This document shows, piece by piece, positions 27,504 to 36,993 of a stretch of DNA of 64,000 bases. How positions within the stretch are numbered: position 1 is the first letter of the stretch; every line of letters starts with the position of its first letter. The stretch is from positions 1,334 to 65,333 of the IMG/VR virus record IMGVR_UViG_3300045996_004585. One strand, given 5' to 3'. The notes under the pieces were generated by a model. That model was not told where the DNA came from and searched no databases. It was given only the letters and a program-made list of their open reading frames with translations. Position numbers and translations under genes: made by a program. The DNA comes from a virus (lineage: Duplodnaviria; Heunggongvirae; Uroviricota; Caudoviricetes).

Positions 27504-27708
27504 GTGGATGAGATTAAGAATCAAACAGGAGTGGGAGATGCGCTGGGCGGAACAGATGCAACCTCGCTCAGGTCAAGATTGGTATATAGGAGGGTATCTG
27601 TCGAAGCTGCGTGATTCGCCCCGTAGTACAGGCTTGAGAGGCACAGAAAAGGAATGGTGGCTTATGGGTTATGACGATGCAACCGGAGATATAGAGAGAA
27701 GATCATGA
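27496..27708 (+). CDS. GY-motif small protein family member
   Basis: DWYIGGYLSKLRDSPRS ... WWLMGYDDATGDIERRS. Confidence 0.5.
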   Translation: MDEWMRLRIKQEWEMRWAEQMQPRSGQDWYIGGYLSKLRDSPRSTGLRGTEKEWWLMGYDDATGDIERRS

Positions 27709-27878
27709 AACCTAATTCGAAATGCAAGCACAAAATCCTTCGACGTACACGTCTCGTAGAGTCACGTACTGATTATGATGCCGAGTGGCGCTATCAATGT
27801 GAAGAGTGCAAAGAAGAGCATACTATGACATACTGGCTCATTGCCTTGCAGCGGCCCGTAAAGTCTGATATAATTTAG
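27705..27878 (+). CDS. small zinc-ribbon protein (57 aa, below ORF-track cutoff)
   Basis: ATGA overlap with the previous gene; CKHK ... CEEC. Confidence 0.3.
   Translation: MKPNSKCKHKILRRTRLVESRTDYDAEWRYQCEECKEEHTMTYWLIALQRPVKSDII
27846..27874 (+). promoter_or_regulatory. sigma70-like promoter with extended -10
   Basis: TTGCAG, 17 nt, TGaTATAAT. The -10 ends 6 nt upstream of the ATG at 27881. It overlaps the 3' end of the small upstream ORF. Confidence 0.5.
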
Positions 27879-27880
27879 GT

Positions 27881-28357
27881 ATGCAGCTAACTCTTGAACA
27901 GCAGCTTCTCCTAGCGCCCCAGGTGGCCGCTAGAGCGCACGCGCATCAGAAGCGCAAGGATGGAACGCCGTATATCGCGCATCCCGTTAGGGTGGCTCTG
28001 AGGGTCACCAAGAACACACAGTCGGGCAGCCCTTGGCAGATGACGTGTCAGATCGGCGCATTTCTACATGACGTGGTTGAGGATACCGATGTCACACTTG
28101 ACGATCTTCGTGAGCTTGGCTTTTCTGAGGGTGTGCTGGCGGTAATCGACCGTGTAACCAAGCGCCCCGGCGAGAAGTACAAGGACTTCATTCTTCGCAT
28201 CAAGGGCGACGGTCTGAGCGAAACCTCACTCTACGCCATCGCGGTGAAGCTGGCTGACATCGATGACAATGTTGAAGACCAGTCGGCCCTCGATCCCGAG
28301 GAAGCTGAGTTCCTTCGTGAGCGATACGAAAGGGCGCGTGAGGTTCTTGAAGCTTAA
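27881..28357 (+). CDS. small alarmone hydrolase, (p)ppGpp hydrolase HD domain (SpoT/Mesh1-like)
   Basis: AHQKRKDGTPYIAHPVRVA ... GAFLHDVVEDTD matches the RelA/SpoT HD hydrolase core; 158 aa single-domain protein. Confidence 0.75.
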   Translation: MQLTLEQQLLLAPQVAARAHAHQKRKDGTPYIAHPVRVALRVTKNTQSGSPWQMTCQIGAFLHDVVEDTDVTLDDLRELGFSEGVLAVIDRVTKRPGEKYKDFILRIKGDGLSETSLYAIAVKLADIDDNVEDQSALDPEEAEFLRERYERAREVLEA

Positions 28358-28424
28358 TCGAAAAGGGCGCGAGCATGCCGTGAGATTTTTGATGCTTAGT
28401 CGAAGAGAGCGCGAGTCTGCCAAG

Positions 28425-28658
28425 GCTATGATGGTCATGGATGAGTCGTACAGAGATATGGTGATTCGCAGCATGGAGCCGTACCCCGGTACATCTGCCA
28501 AGAGGAATCGCGCCGGACTCCGCGCCGACCTAGAGATGTGGCGCTTCAATCGTAACTCACTTAGGGCACTTGAGCGTGGCGGCTTCGAAGCCATGTTTGA
28601 ATTCCAGCGCAAGTTTAACTGGAAGCACGACAAGCATTGGAGGCGTTACTTTGGATAG
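28425..28658 (+). CDS. hypothetical basic protein
   Basis: Internal ATG chosen because the ORF-track start at 28263 would overlap the SAH gene by about 95 nt. Start uncertain. Confidence 0.3.
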   Translation, partial: AMMVMDESYRDMVIRSMEPYPGTSAKRNRAGLRADLEMWRFNRNSLRALERGGFEAMFEFQRKFNWKHDKHWRRYFG

Positions 28659-28839
28659 GCTAAGAAAGCCGCTGATTGTGATTTTCATTTTGCTTATGGG
28701 CGTGTTCTACGCTGGCCTTGCTTTGTATGCTCTGGGTGGCATCACGAGCATTGGCGGCGCGCTGATTGCATGCGCTCTCGTCGCTGTTGCTTATGTGATT
28801 TGCGCGGCCCTCCTGCTATCGCTCTGGTGGAAGGGCTAA
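28650..28839 (+). CDS. small two-TM membrane protein (holin-like topology)
   Basis: Two hydrophobic helices (LIVIFILLMGVFYAGLALYALGG / ALIACALVAVAYVICAALLLSLWW). Start uncertain (TTG 28650, GTG 28677 or ATG 28705). Confidence 0.35.
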
Positions 28840-28840
28840 C

Positions 28841-29425
28841 ATGAACTTCGAAGTAGACATCATCGACAATCCGCATGAGTTGTGGACTGCGGCAGTCGAG
28901 TATCTCTCTATGCAGCGCAACACTCGTGAGGAAGCAGAGAAAGAGGCAACTGAGCTTGTTCAGTTCGTCACTGATGCGCGCAAGGGCGAGCTTGCGAATC
29001 GCCTAGAGAACGAGAGGTATGAGCGCGAGGTAGAAGAGAACCGAATTCAGAGAGAGCTAGACTTTCATCGAAAGCAGCAGCGCAAGGAACTGTGGAGTCT
29101 CGTTGGCTGGATTTCTTTCTGGGCCTTCCTTGTAGCTCTAATCGTTACCTTCGCCCTGTCCATGTACTGGATGAAGGAGAACGACCACGCTGGCTACGAT
29201 CAGAAGCAGGTTGGGCAGAGAGCCGCCGAGAAGCTTGAGGCGTGGTACGGTCACAATGAGAGCCAGAAGCTGGCTAACCTGAAGTTGATCGGTAAGCCGG
29301 TTAGGTCGGAGCTAGCAGGCAAGGAAGCCTGGCTGCTGCGTTTCCGCGAGGGCAAGAAGGTTCTGCGCGTCTTCATTTGGGAGACAGCAGCTAACAATGG
29401 ATTCGCTGCACGCTACGAACGATAA
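28841..29425 (+). CDS. coiled-coil membrane protein
   Basis: N-terminal charged coiled-coil then TM (WISFWAFLVALIVTFALSMYW). Confidence 0.4.
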   Translation: MNFEVDIIDNPHELWTAAVEYLSMQRNTREEAEKEATELVQFVTDARKGELANRLENERYEREVEENRIQRELDFHRKQQRKELWSLVGWISFWAFLVALIVTFALSMYWMKENDHAGYDQKQVGQRAAEKLEAWYGHNESQKLANLKLIGKPVRSELAGKEAWLLRFREGKKVLRVFIWETAANNGFAARYER

Positions 29426-29427
29426 TC

Positions 29428-29445
29428 TGCTATACTTAGTCTATG
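29428..29445 (+). promoter_or_regulatory. extended -10 promoter element inside conserved motif TGnTATACTTAGTCTATG
   Basis: TGcTATACT ends 6 nt before the ATG at 29443. An identical 15-nt core recurs at 40031. Confidence 0.45.
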
Positions 29446-30642
29446 GAGGAAAATGTGATCACAGATGAGATGCAGGGTTCCAAGCATTTCCCGATGCTCT
29501 ACAAGCGCACGTCCACTGGCAAGATTCAGCAGTGGATGATCTTCGTGCAGAAGCACGGCGCAGCTTTTCATGGCGAGCCTGCCGAGATTGTCACTGTCTA
29601 TGGGCTTAAGGACGGCAAGATGCAGACGGCCGTCGAGGTAATCCGCGAGGGCAAGAACATCGGCAAGTCCAACGAGACGACTCCCTTTGAGCAGGCTGTG
29701 CTTGAGGCACAGTCGCAGTGGGAGAAGAAGTCCAAGAAGAGCTATGTCCAGAACATCGAGGACGCACAGGCTGGCATCGTAGACACGAACTTCATCACGG
29801 GTGGCATCGACCCGATGCTCGCCAAGAGCTACGACAAGGATGGAGCCAAGATTACATTCCCGGCCTATGTTCAGCCGAAGCTCGACGGCCACCGCTGCAT
29901 TGCCATCATTCAGGACGGCAAGTGTACGCTCTGGTCGCGCACCCGCAAGCCCATCACGGGTGTGCCACACATCGCACGTCAGCTTGAGCGCCTGCTTGGC
30001 GATCTGCCCGTTCCGATTGTGCTGGATGGCGAGCTTTACAATCACGACTACAAGGATCGCTTCGAAGAGCTTACGAGCTTCATTCGTCAGGCTACGCCGA
30101 AGCCCGGTCATGAGGTTGTCCAGTATTGGGTCTACGACATCGTAGAAGAGGGCAAGCCGTTCTCGCATCGTGTGCAGAATCTTGAGCTTCTTGGCGACAA
30201 GATCGCTGCATCGCACAACGGCAGCGGCGTGTCTGTCGTAGCCACCAATAATGTTCTCAACGAAGAGGACATGATGACCGTCTTCAGTATCTACATGAAC
30301 AACGGCTTTGAGGGTCTGATGGTGCGCAATTATAATGGCAAGTACAAGCACGGGCGATCTGCCGACCTACAGAAGGTCAAGACGTTCATGGACTCCGAGT
30401 ATGAAGTCGTGGCCATCGAAGAGGGCAAGGGCAAGATGGCAGGCAAGGCCATGTTCGTCTGCGATGCTGGTGACGGCAAGACGTTCCGCGTCAAGATGAT
30501 GGGCGCTCTCGATGACTTGAAGACTTACTTCGACAACCCCGAGCCGTGGATTGGCCGTCAGCTTACGGTCAAGTATCAAAATCTCAGTGCAGACGGACTG
30601 CCGAGGTTTCCCGTAGCTCTTCGCTTTAGGGAGGACGTGTGA
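29443..30642 (+). CDS. ATP-dependent DNA ligase
   Basis: Adenylation motif I KLDGHR; motif III VLDGELY; motif IV EGLMVRN; motif V KYKHGRS..LQKVK; C-terminal OB-like region. 399 aa, which is T7/Chlorella-virus ligase size. Confidence 0.75.
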   Translation: MEENVITDEMQGSKHFPMLYKRTSTGKIQQWMIFVQKHGAAFHGEPAEIVTVYGLKDGKMQTAVEVIREGKNIGKSNETTPFEQAVLEAQSQWEKKSKKSYVQNIEDAQAGIVDTNFITGGIDPMLAKSYDKDGAKITFPAYVQPKLDGHRCIAIIQDGKCTLWSRTRKPITGVPHIARQLERLLGDLPVPIVLDGELYNHDYKDRFEELTSFIRQATPKPGHEVVQYWVYDIVEEGKPFSHRVQNLELLGDKIAASHNGSGVSVVATNNVLNEEDMMTVFSIYMNNGFEGLMVRNYNGKYKHGRSADLQKVKTFMDSEYEVVAIEEGKGKMAGKAMFVCDAGDGKTFRVKMMGALDDLKTYFDNPEPWIGRQLTVKYQNLSADGLPRFPVALRFREDV

Positions 30643-31253
30643 TGTTTCACATTGACGTAGAGATTCAGTTGCAGGACGAGGTTGTGTACCTTAATGTGAC
30701 ACGAGCCACTGAGGAAGAGGCAATCGCGTTTGCGCGTGAGCGCTTCCCGGAGGCCATCGAGATTGAGGTACAGTCATCTACGCCTGAGGAACCGTGGCCA
30801 TCATGATCAGCGTAGCTGAGATTTCGCAGAAGATGCTTGAGACAGCTAAGTCTGACGAGTCTCTTCAGGAGTGGGCCGAGCGTCATCGGGAGTGGCTTGA
30901 GTCTGTTGGCTATGAGGTTACTGCGACCGGATTCCGTGCGAGGGAGAAGAGTAATGGCTGACAACCTAACACAAGAAGACCTGGACGACTTCAAGGAATG
31001 GTTCAAGACTGACTTTCCTGAAGAAGCAGACCGTGTTGACGAACTAGACGTTCTGTTGGAGGAAGAATGAAATACGATCTTAGGTTGGCCAACAATATCT
31101 CGTGCAATGACGTGGAGAGCGATTTCCAGCTAGAGGACTTGCTGCACGAAATTCATCTTGGCTCTATCTGGCTCACCGATGAGTACGGATGGCGGATCAA
31201 CCCCGCGAGCATTGTGTTGGTGCGCCCGGTGGATGACGAGGATGAGCGTGAGA

Positions 31254-31439
31254 GTTACTAACACAGAGTGGGAGATGATCGTTCACGCCGTTGACAACTT
31301 TGCCGCTGAGCTAGCTGGCGACGAGGAAGAGCTATTTTCCGCATTGGCCGAGAAGCTGTACGGACAACACTTCAATGGCGAAGTAGAGATTAAGGCCGCG
31401 CATGAAGAGGTTAGGCGCAGCAGAGTTGACAAGAACTGA
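31254..31439 (+). CDS. hypothetical protein
   Basis: GTG start overlapping the previous stop. The ORF-track version (31158) would overlap 31067..31261 heavily. Confidence 0.3.
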   Translation, partial: VTNTEWEMIVHAVDNFAAELAGDEEELFSALAEKLYGQHFNGEVEIKAAHEEVRRSRVDKN

Positions 31440-31496
31440 GCAGCCTGTTATGCTGTACAGTGACCTGTAATGCAACATCAATGAAAGGAAAGTGAA

Positions 31497-32519
31497 GTGG
31501 GCTTTATCTTTTTGTCAGTGATCCTGCTGTTGGTCGCAGTGTCGTCAGTTTGGGCATCGAAATTGGTGCCAGCGACACTCGTGACGAAGGATCGTTTTGG
31601 TGGGCCGATCACTGAGACTCCGAATCCCGTGCGCCGCATGGTGCGTATCGGCGGAATCGTAGTCCCGGTCGCGCTGATTCTGTTGTTCGGTGCATTCAAG
31701 TCCTTCCACACTGTGGACAACGGCCACATCGGCATTGTCAAGCAGTTCGGTGAGGTAGTCGATACGACTGGCGACGGTTTCGTGACCACCATGCCTTGGC
31801 AGAACCTGCACGAGGTTTCGGTCAAGCGCGAGGTTCGTAAGTACAACATGACCAACAGCGGCGAGAACCTGATCGGTTCTGCTGTGTCGAAGGACTCACA
31901 GCCGATCTTCATCGAGTTGGTCGTGGACTATTCGCTCGACCGCACCAAGGCCGTTGAACTGTACAAGGAGACAGGTGGCGAGTATGTCGAGCGCTTGCTC
32001 GATCCGGCAGTTCCCCAGCTAACGAAGGAAGTCACGTCGCAGTACAAGGCAACCGAGGTAGCAGGCAAGCGTGGTGAGATTCGTACCAAGATCGTAGAGT
32101 CTCTTGAGCGCGAGATGGAAGTCCTCGGTATCCTGATCAATCAGGTAAGCATTCCTCAGTTTAGCCCGACGCGAGAGCTAAGCAAGGCTATCGAGGAAAC
32201 GGTTGTAGCTGGTCAGCAGGCACAGCGTGCCGAGGCCCAGGTTGCCATCAAGGAGGCCGAGGCTCGCCAGGTGGCTGCTGCTGCTAAGGGTGAAGCTGAT
32301 GCTAACCGCGCACGTGCAATCGGTGAAGCTGATGCGATCAAGCTCAAGGCTCAGGCTGACGCATACGCAACGCGCGTTAAGGGTCAGGCGCTTCGCAACA
32401 ACCCGAGCGTCCTTACTCTTGAGTCGATCAACAAGCTCAATCCGCAGGTACAGTTGATTGTTCCCGAAGACAGCACGCTTGTTCAGGGACTCAACGGCAA
32501 GACGGTAGTAACTCCGTAA
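31497..32519 (+). CDS. SPFH/band-7 (HflK/C-, prohibitin-like) membrane protein
   Basis: GTG start with RBS AAAGGAAAG; N-terminal TM; IGIVKQFGEV SPFH core; long Ala/Glu/Arg coiled-coil C-terminus. Confidence 0.65.
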   Translation: MGFIFLSVILLLVAVSSVWASKLVPATLVTKDRFGGPITETPNPVRRMVRIGGIVVPVALILLFGAFKSFHTVDNGHIGIVKQFGEVVDTTGDGFVTTMPWQNLHEVSVKREVRKYNMTNSGENLIGSAVSKDSQPIFIELVVDYSLDRTKAVELYKETGGEYVERLLDPAVPQLTKEVTSQYKATEVAGKRGEIRTKIVESLEREMEVLGILINQVSIPQFSPTRELSKAIEETVVAGQQAQRAEAQVAIKEAEARQVAAAAKGEADANRARAIGEADAIKLKAQADAYATRVKGQALRNNPSVLTLESINKLNPQVQLIVPEDSTLVQGLNGKTVVTP

Positions 32520-32528
32520 CGACAACCG

Positions 32529-32558
32529 CCCCTGGTGTGGCTATGGCTGCACCAGGGG
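32529..32558 (+). terminator. stem-loop (9-bp stem cccctggtg/caccagggg, 12-nt loop)
   Basis: Lies 10 nt after the SPFH stop; followed by cttcct. Confidence 0.4.
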
Positions 32559-32575
32559 CTTCCTAAGGGGATCGC

Positions 32576-32773
32576 ATGGCATTCAGTGTGTACGATGTCA
32601 AAAAGGTAATCGATCATGCTAGACTCAATTTAGTGCTTCCTTTGACCCAAGGCTATGTCGAGGGCAAGAAGCTAGAGGCCGAGGCGTTGATTAGAGCAGC
32701 CGAGATTGAAGCTGAGGCCAGACATCACGAGGCAGAAGCTCGCATCACCGCTGCTCAACTACTGGCACCCTAA
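32576..32773 (+). CDS. hypothetical protein
   Basis: Ala/Glu-rich small ORF. Confidence 0.3.
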   Translation: MAFSVYDVKKVIDHARLNLVLPLTQGYVEGKKLEAEALIRAAEIEAEARHHEAEARITAAQLLAP

Positions 32774-33060
32774 CCAAAGGAATAACTGCTATGATGGCAT
32801 CACAGGTCGAGCGGCTGGCAGCAGGGATACTCGCTCGCCTTGAGGATATCTACCTCAAGGGTAAGCAAATGGAAGCTGAGACGGCTAGGGAAGTAGCGAA
32901 AATTCAGGCAGATGCGATAATCTCTGCCGCACACATTCGAAGTGAGTGATCAAAATGGCTAAGAAGAAAACATGGGTCTGCAAGAAAGAACAGCACGAGA
33001 AATGCAACAACGTGGTTCTGTTAAGTAGCGTCATGACTGGCGTTCAGGGAATCCAGGCGT

Positions 33061-33300
33061 GTGCCTGCAACTGTCACAAGGAGAAAAATGTTCAAGCGTA
33101 AGTGGGAAGCAGTGTATGACGTGCAGTTTCACGTTGAGGGCATGCCCTCTGAGCAGGGCGTATGTGCTGGCAAGCATCTCTTTTGGACAGAGGGAGGGGC
33201 TAAACGCTGGGCGCTAGATGTTCAGCGTAAGACGATAATCTATAGCGCTGGACTGCCCTTCACTATCATGTGGTATGCGAGGCGTCGCAGTGACAGCTAA
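33061..33300 (+). CDS. hypothetical protein
   Basis: ORF track only. Confidence 0.35.
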   Translation: MPATVTRRKMFKRKWEAVYDVQFHVEGMPSEQGVCAGKHLFWTEGGAKRWALDVQRKTIIYSAGLPFTIMWYARRRSDS

Positions 33301-33606
33301 CGAGTTAATCAGGTTGCTCCGCGAGTGGCCGACTGAACTTGAAGTGCTGATTGAGTCACCGGACGGCAAGTGGTTTTTGTTGCCCAAGAGCGTCTCGCTA
33401 GAACAGGGTGGCGCATCCTCATGGCTAGAAATCAAGACGGATTAGGAGGAAGAGGAAATGACAACCAGAAAGCTGCGCAAGGCCGACCCAGAAGAGCTAG
33501 AGGAATACAACAAGCCTTCAGCGTATGAGAACATCATCGTGGGGATCGGTGTGGCTGCTTATTTGGCTGTTATTGTCTTCTGCCTCTATATCATTTTCAC
33601 ACTCTA

Positions 33607-33864
33607 ATGGCTATCACTCCTAAGAACGAGGCCATCATGATGGCCAAGATCAATTTAGAGTCAGACTCAGAACGCTACGTGCGGCAGATCGAGGCGCAGC
33701 TAATGGTCTGGGACACCAAGTCTGAAATCAAGATTGCTATCCCCGCAAATGATGTCGCTATTGGCCAACATTTGGTTAGAGAGTACAGGGAAGCTGGTTG
33801 GTTCCCCAGGCTCGTCAAGAAAGCTGGTTCAAGCAGAGACTACTGGTTCACGCTACCCGCATGA
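33607..33864 (+). CDS. hypothetical protein
   Basis: TAATG junction with a small upstream TM ORF (33458..33606, read by eye). Confidence 0.35.
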   Translation: MAITPKNEAIMMAKINLESDSERYVRQIEAQLMVWDTKSEIKIAIPANDVAIGQHLVREYREAGWFPRLVKKAGSSRDYWFTLPA

Positions 33865-33995
33865 AAGGACGCAATGTTTAGTTTACTTGCACATCAAGCT
33901 GACGCAGCTATGACTTGGCCTGATGTTGTTCTGATACTGGGCCTACCTATCTGTTTCGGCCTTGTCCTCTTCGTCATAGGAAAATGGTGGTAGGG

Positions 33996-34024
33996 TTGAC
34001 AAAACTCGTGACATCTGGTACATT
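33996..34024 (+). promoter_or_regulatory. sigma70-like promoter upstream of pnuC
   Basis: TTGACA, 17 nt, TGgTACATT. Transcription would start about 60 nt before the RBS AAGGGAGAG / ATG at 34089. Confidence 0.4.
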
Positions 34025-34088
34025 AATTAGTGAAGAGGTTAGGGTTCCTGATCGCCTAACCAAAAACAAAACAACAAGGGAGAGTACC

Positions 34089-34808
34089 ATGTTCGACAAG
34101 TTAGAAGGACTGTTCCACAGTGTGAAGTTCAACGTTGTGGTTGCAGCGCTGTTCGCGGTATTCGCATTCGTCGGATATCAGATGGGCGGACTAGAGTTTC
34201 TCACTGAGTGGGCTGGCGGCGTAGCTGCTGCTATCGGTATTGCCTGCTTGGTCTTCAAGACGCAGGGCTACTGGGCGTGGAGTATTGTCAACGCGATCCT
34301 GTGGTTCTACATGTTCTGGTATCAGTGGGACTTGCCGATGCTCGCTGGCCTACAGATCATGTACATTCTGTTCAGTCTCTACGGGTTGACAGTATGGGCA
34401 ACGACACATAACCGCATCGGCTATAGCGCAGAGAAGATCAAGGACAACATCGGCACGGTGTTGGGCCTTGGCATCCTGGCGTATGCAGTGTACGCTTTCC
34501 GAGGCTTGGAGGGCTACGCATTCACTGGTTGGTGGTGGGTGGAGTTCAGCGGAGTGCTGATCAGCATCGTAGCATTCTGGATGGACGCATTCAAGTACCG
34601 CACCAACTGGTTGGGATGGACAGCGACCAACTTCCTGTTCTTCCCGCTCTTCGTACACAACACGGGCACGTACTTCAACGGGCCTGCACTCTTGACTATC
34701 CTCTTCCAGACATTGTGCTTCTTCGGAATCTACAAGTGGTGGAAGGATCAGAAGGAAGCTGTCGAGAGCGGAGAAGTGGAACTAGTTGGTGGCGCACAGT
34801 ATGCATAA
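34089..34808 (+). CDS. pnuC: PnuC-like nicotinamide riboside transporter
   Basis: About 239 aa with 7-8 predicted TMs. Trp-rich helices (AWSIVNAILWFYMFWYQWD, FTGWWWVEF) are typical of PnuC. The internal ATG with a strong RBS is chosen over the ORF-track start because the promoter lies inside the longer ORF. Confidence 0.5.
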   Translation: MFDKLEGLFHSVKFNVVVAALFAVFAFVGYQMGGLEFLTEWAGGVAAAIGIACLVFKTQGYWAWSIVNAILWFYMFWYQWDLPMLAGLQIMYILFSLYGLTVWATTHNRIGYSAEKIKDNIGTVLGLGILAYAVYAFRGLEGYAFTGWWWVEFSGVLISIVAFWMDAFKYRTNWLGWTATNFLFFPLFVHNTGTYFNGPALLTILFQTLCFFGIYKWWKDQKEAVESGEVELVGGAQYA

Positions 34809-35046
34809 AGAATACGAGAATGTGTTGGGCACGTGTGATTGCGTGCCCAACATGTTCTCTTCTAAATCGTGTCGCAAGTGCGGGCGTCGTGCTGTAATGA
34901 CCGCCGAACACTTCAACGAGTGCATGATTAACCTATCGCAGTATCACTATGTGTTAAGCCAGATTCGTGATGGTGTATCGGATGGTCAGGCGCAAGATAT
35001 GGCTAAGCGAGTTCTTGATGGGGAGCGAAGTGTCAGACCTAACTAA
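34786..35046 (+). CDS. small zinc-ribbon protein
   Basis: CDCVPN ... CRKCG. Confidence 0.35.
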   Translation: MVAHSMHKEYENVLGTCDCVPNMFSSKSCRKCGRRAVMTAEHFNECMINLSQYHYVLSQIRDGVSDGQAQDMAKRVLDGERSVRPN

Positions 35047-35335
35047 AGAAGAAGTCGAGCAGCTAATCGAGGAATCGACTTGGCTGCTCAACATGCTTCA
35101 CAATGAATGGGGTGGGTGCGAAATCCTTTGCGCCCAAGCCGAACCTGTCCTACATCGACTGACCGCAGAAAGGTATAAGAATGACAAAGGAAACTGAGAA
35201 GAAGATTCTTGAACTGACGCTCTTCGGCCAGCAGACTGGTCATCATGCTGCGGTGAGCCACTATCCGCACCGTGTCACTGCTGTTGATGCGCTTGCTCTT
35301 CAAGAGAGACTGCGCGAGATTCGCAGGCTGGTCGA

Positions 35336-35923
35336 GTGGGGCGAGTCATGAGAGTCCAAGACTTGAAAGCTACAGGCAAGAAGCCGCGCGTTCATGGCAA
35401 TGGCTTTATTCAGCTTGACCTGAACGATGAGGGCACTCGTCGCCTGCATGTGTGGGATGAGAGCATCCCGCGACAGACTGTGGCTACACCTGTACACGAT
35501 CACGTCTTCGCCCTTAAGTCCAGGGTCATCGCAGGCACGCTGATCCATGAAGTGCTTGAGCCTATTGAGGGTGACACTCATCGTATCTTCCGAGCGCAGC
35601 AGGAAGAGGGCACACAGAACACAATCCTCGTACCGGATGAGGGCACGGTGGCTCTCAAGGTAGCAGAACGCTTTGTGCTTCCGGCTGGCGTCGAGTACGA
35701 GTTCCCAGCATGGGAGCTTCACCAAACTGATCATCGAGGACTGACAGCTACGATCATGGAGAAGATCGATGCGCCACAGGAGTATGGTCGTCCTCGTGTC
35801 CTCGTGCCCACAGGCCAAGAGCCTGACAACGAGTTCAAGCGTGATGGCATTGACCCTGAAACTCTGTGGCCATTGATTGAGCGAGCGCTAGAGCTTGCAC
35901 GCGCAATGGAGGAAGTGCTATAA
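35336..35923 (+). CDS. hypothetical protein (His-rich, possible cupin-like)
   Basis: PVHDHVFAL ... GTLIHEV His cluster; no firm assignment. Confidence 0.4.
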   Translation: MGRVMRVQDLKATGKKPRVHGNGFIQLDLNDEGTRRLHVWDESIPRQTVATPVHDHVFALKSRVIAGTLIHEVLEPIEGDTHRIFRAQQEEGTQNTILVPDEGTVALKVAERFVLPAGVEYEFPAWELHQTDHRGLTATIMEKIDAPQEYGRPRVLVPTGQEPDNEFKRDGIDPETLWPLIERALELARAMEEVL

Positions 35924-36156
35924 TGGAAGCGATGGGTTCTAATCTTCTCCCCGTTGAGGATGGGCTTCGCGTAGGAGAGTTCGTTACTCGTTTAGAGCAG
36001 CGAGGATATCCCATTACGGCAGATTCGCTTCCAGGCGTAGTGGCAATTGCTGACAAGGTGATCACCAGTGCCGAGCTTGACGAGAACGCAGAGTGGGTAG
36101 TGCTTTACTTGGAAGACAACACAACATTTAGAATCGAGGCTCGCTATGATGCATAA
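35923..36156 (+). CDS. hypothetical protein
   Basis: TAATG junction. Confidence 0.35.
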   Translation: MEAMGSNLLPVEDGLRVGEFVTRLEQRGYPITADSLPGVVAIADKVITSAELDENAEWVVLYLEDNTTFRIEARYDA

Positions 36157-36364
36157 CAGTTGGGAATACCGTCTGTGGCGTTGGTGCTACAACCTCGGTC
36201 GTAGGCTAGCGGGCGGTAAGGATGCATAAGCACAACTGGAATCTAATCGACAAGACAGTAATTGAGTCAGCATTTACGAAGCTGCTAAACAGCGGCCGTG
36301 CAGTTACCAGTTTCAAGATGGGCAACGCAGAGGTTGCGCGTGACATCGTTGTTCTTGTATTCAA

Positions 36365-36595
36365 GTGCGAGTGTGGCAAGATCAGGATCGAGGAACGATG
36401 ATGCGGCATCTGATTAGATTAGGCCGTGGGCTAGGCATTATGGTTATCATTCTTCTGCCCATTGCTGCGATTGTAGGATCAATTAAACTTCTGCTCGTCT
36501 TGGGTGACAATGGCTATGGCACTCATGTATTTGTTGTTTTCTCTGTCCTGCTAATAGGCGGGTTGGCATACAGTATTGGGAGTGATTTCGAATGA
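36365..36595 (+). CDS. small two-TM membrane protein
   Basis: GIMVIILLPIAAIVGSI / VFVVFSVLLIGGLAYSI. Confidence 0.35.
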   Translation: MRVWQDQDRGTMMRHLIRLGRGLGIMVIILLPIAAIVGSIKLLLVLGDNGYGTHVFVVFSVLLIGGLAYSIGSDFE

Positions 36596-36993
36596 GCGAA
36601 AAGATCGTGGCGAGCTATGCAGCCATCGAGTCAGTCCGCAACATCTGCGAGCCATGGATCGAGGCTTGGGGTGGCGACGAGTGGGGCGAGTCCATGTACA
36701 ATCTTCATGGTGCTGCGCACACTAGCTATGGTCTTTCAGATGAGGATTGCGCGACAGTTGCTGAAATCTTGCTTCGCAATGTCATTGAGGCCAAAGAGTT
36801 CGGAGATGAATATGGTAGCCCAGAGCAAGAGGCTCTGGCTCGCGCCGAAGCAACCAAACAGCGAAACTACTGGCTCAAGGGTGGCAACCTTGGTGACTGG
36901 CACACCACTATAGAGGACGCCAAATCTTCAATCGACCAGATGCCTGATTGGTTTTTCGAAGGGGGAGAAAGTGAAACTATCGACGGCACTTAA
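36592..36993 (+). CDS. hypothetical acidic protein
   Basis: ATGA junction. Confidence 0.4.
   Translation: MSEKIVASYAAIESVRNICEPWIEAWGGDEWGESMYNLHGAAHTSYGLSDEDCATVAEILLRNVIEAKEFGDEYGSPEQEALARAEATKQRNYWLKGGNLGDWHTTIEDAKSSIDQMPDWFFEGGESETIDGT

Noticed and set aside
28263-28658. ORF-track gene start at 28263 overlapping the SAH gene by ~95 nt
   Set aside because: An overlap that long is atypical for this genome, where junctions are 1-20 nt. An internal ATG at 28425 after the direct-repeat region is more plausible. Retained as a shorter CDS with low confidence.
29413-30351. 312-aa minus-strand ORF antisense to the DNA ligase gene
   Set aside because: Shadow ORF. The + strand frame contains the complete ligase motif set I-V.
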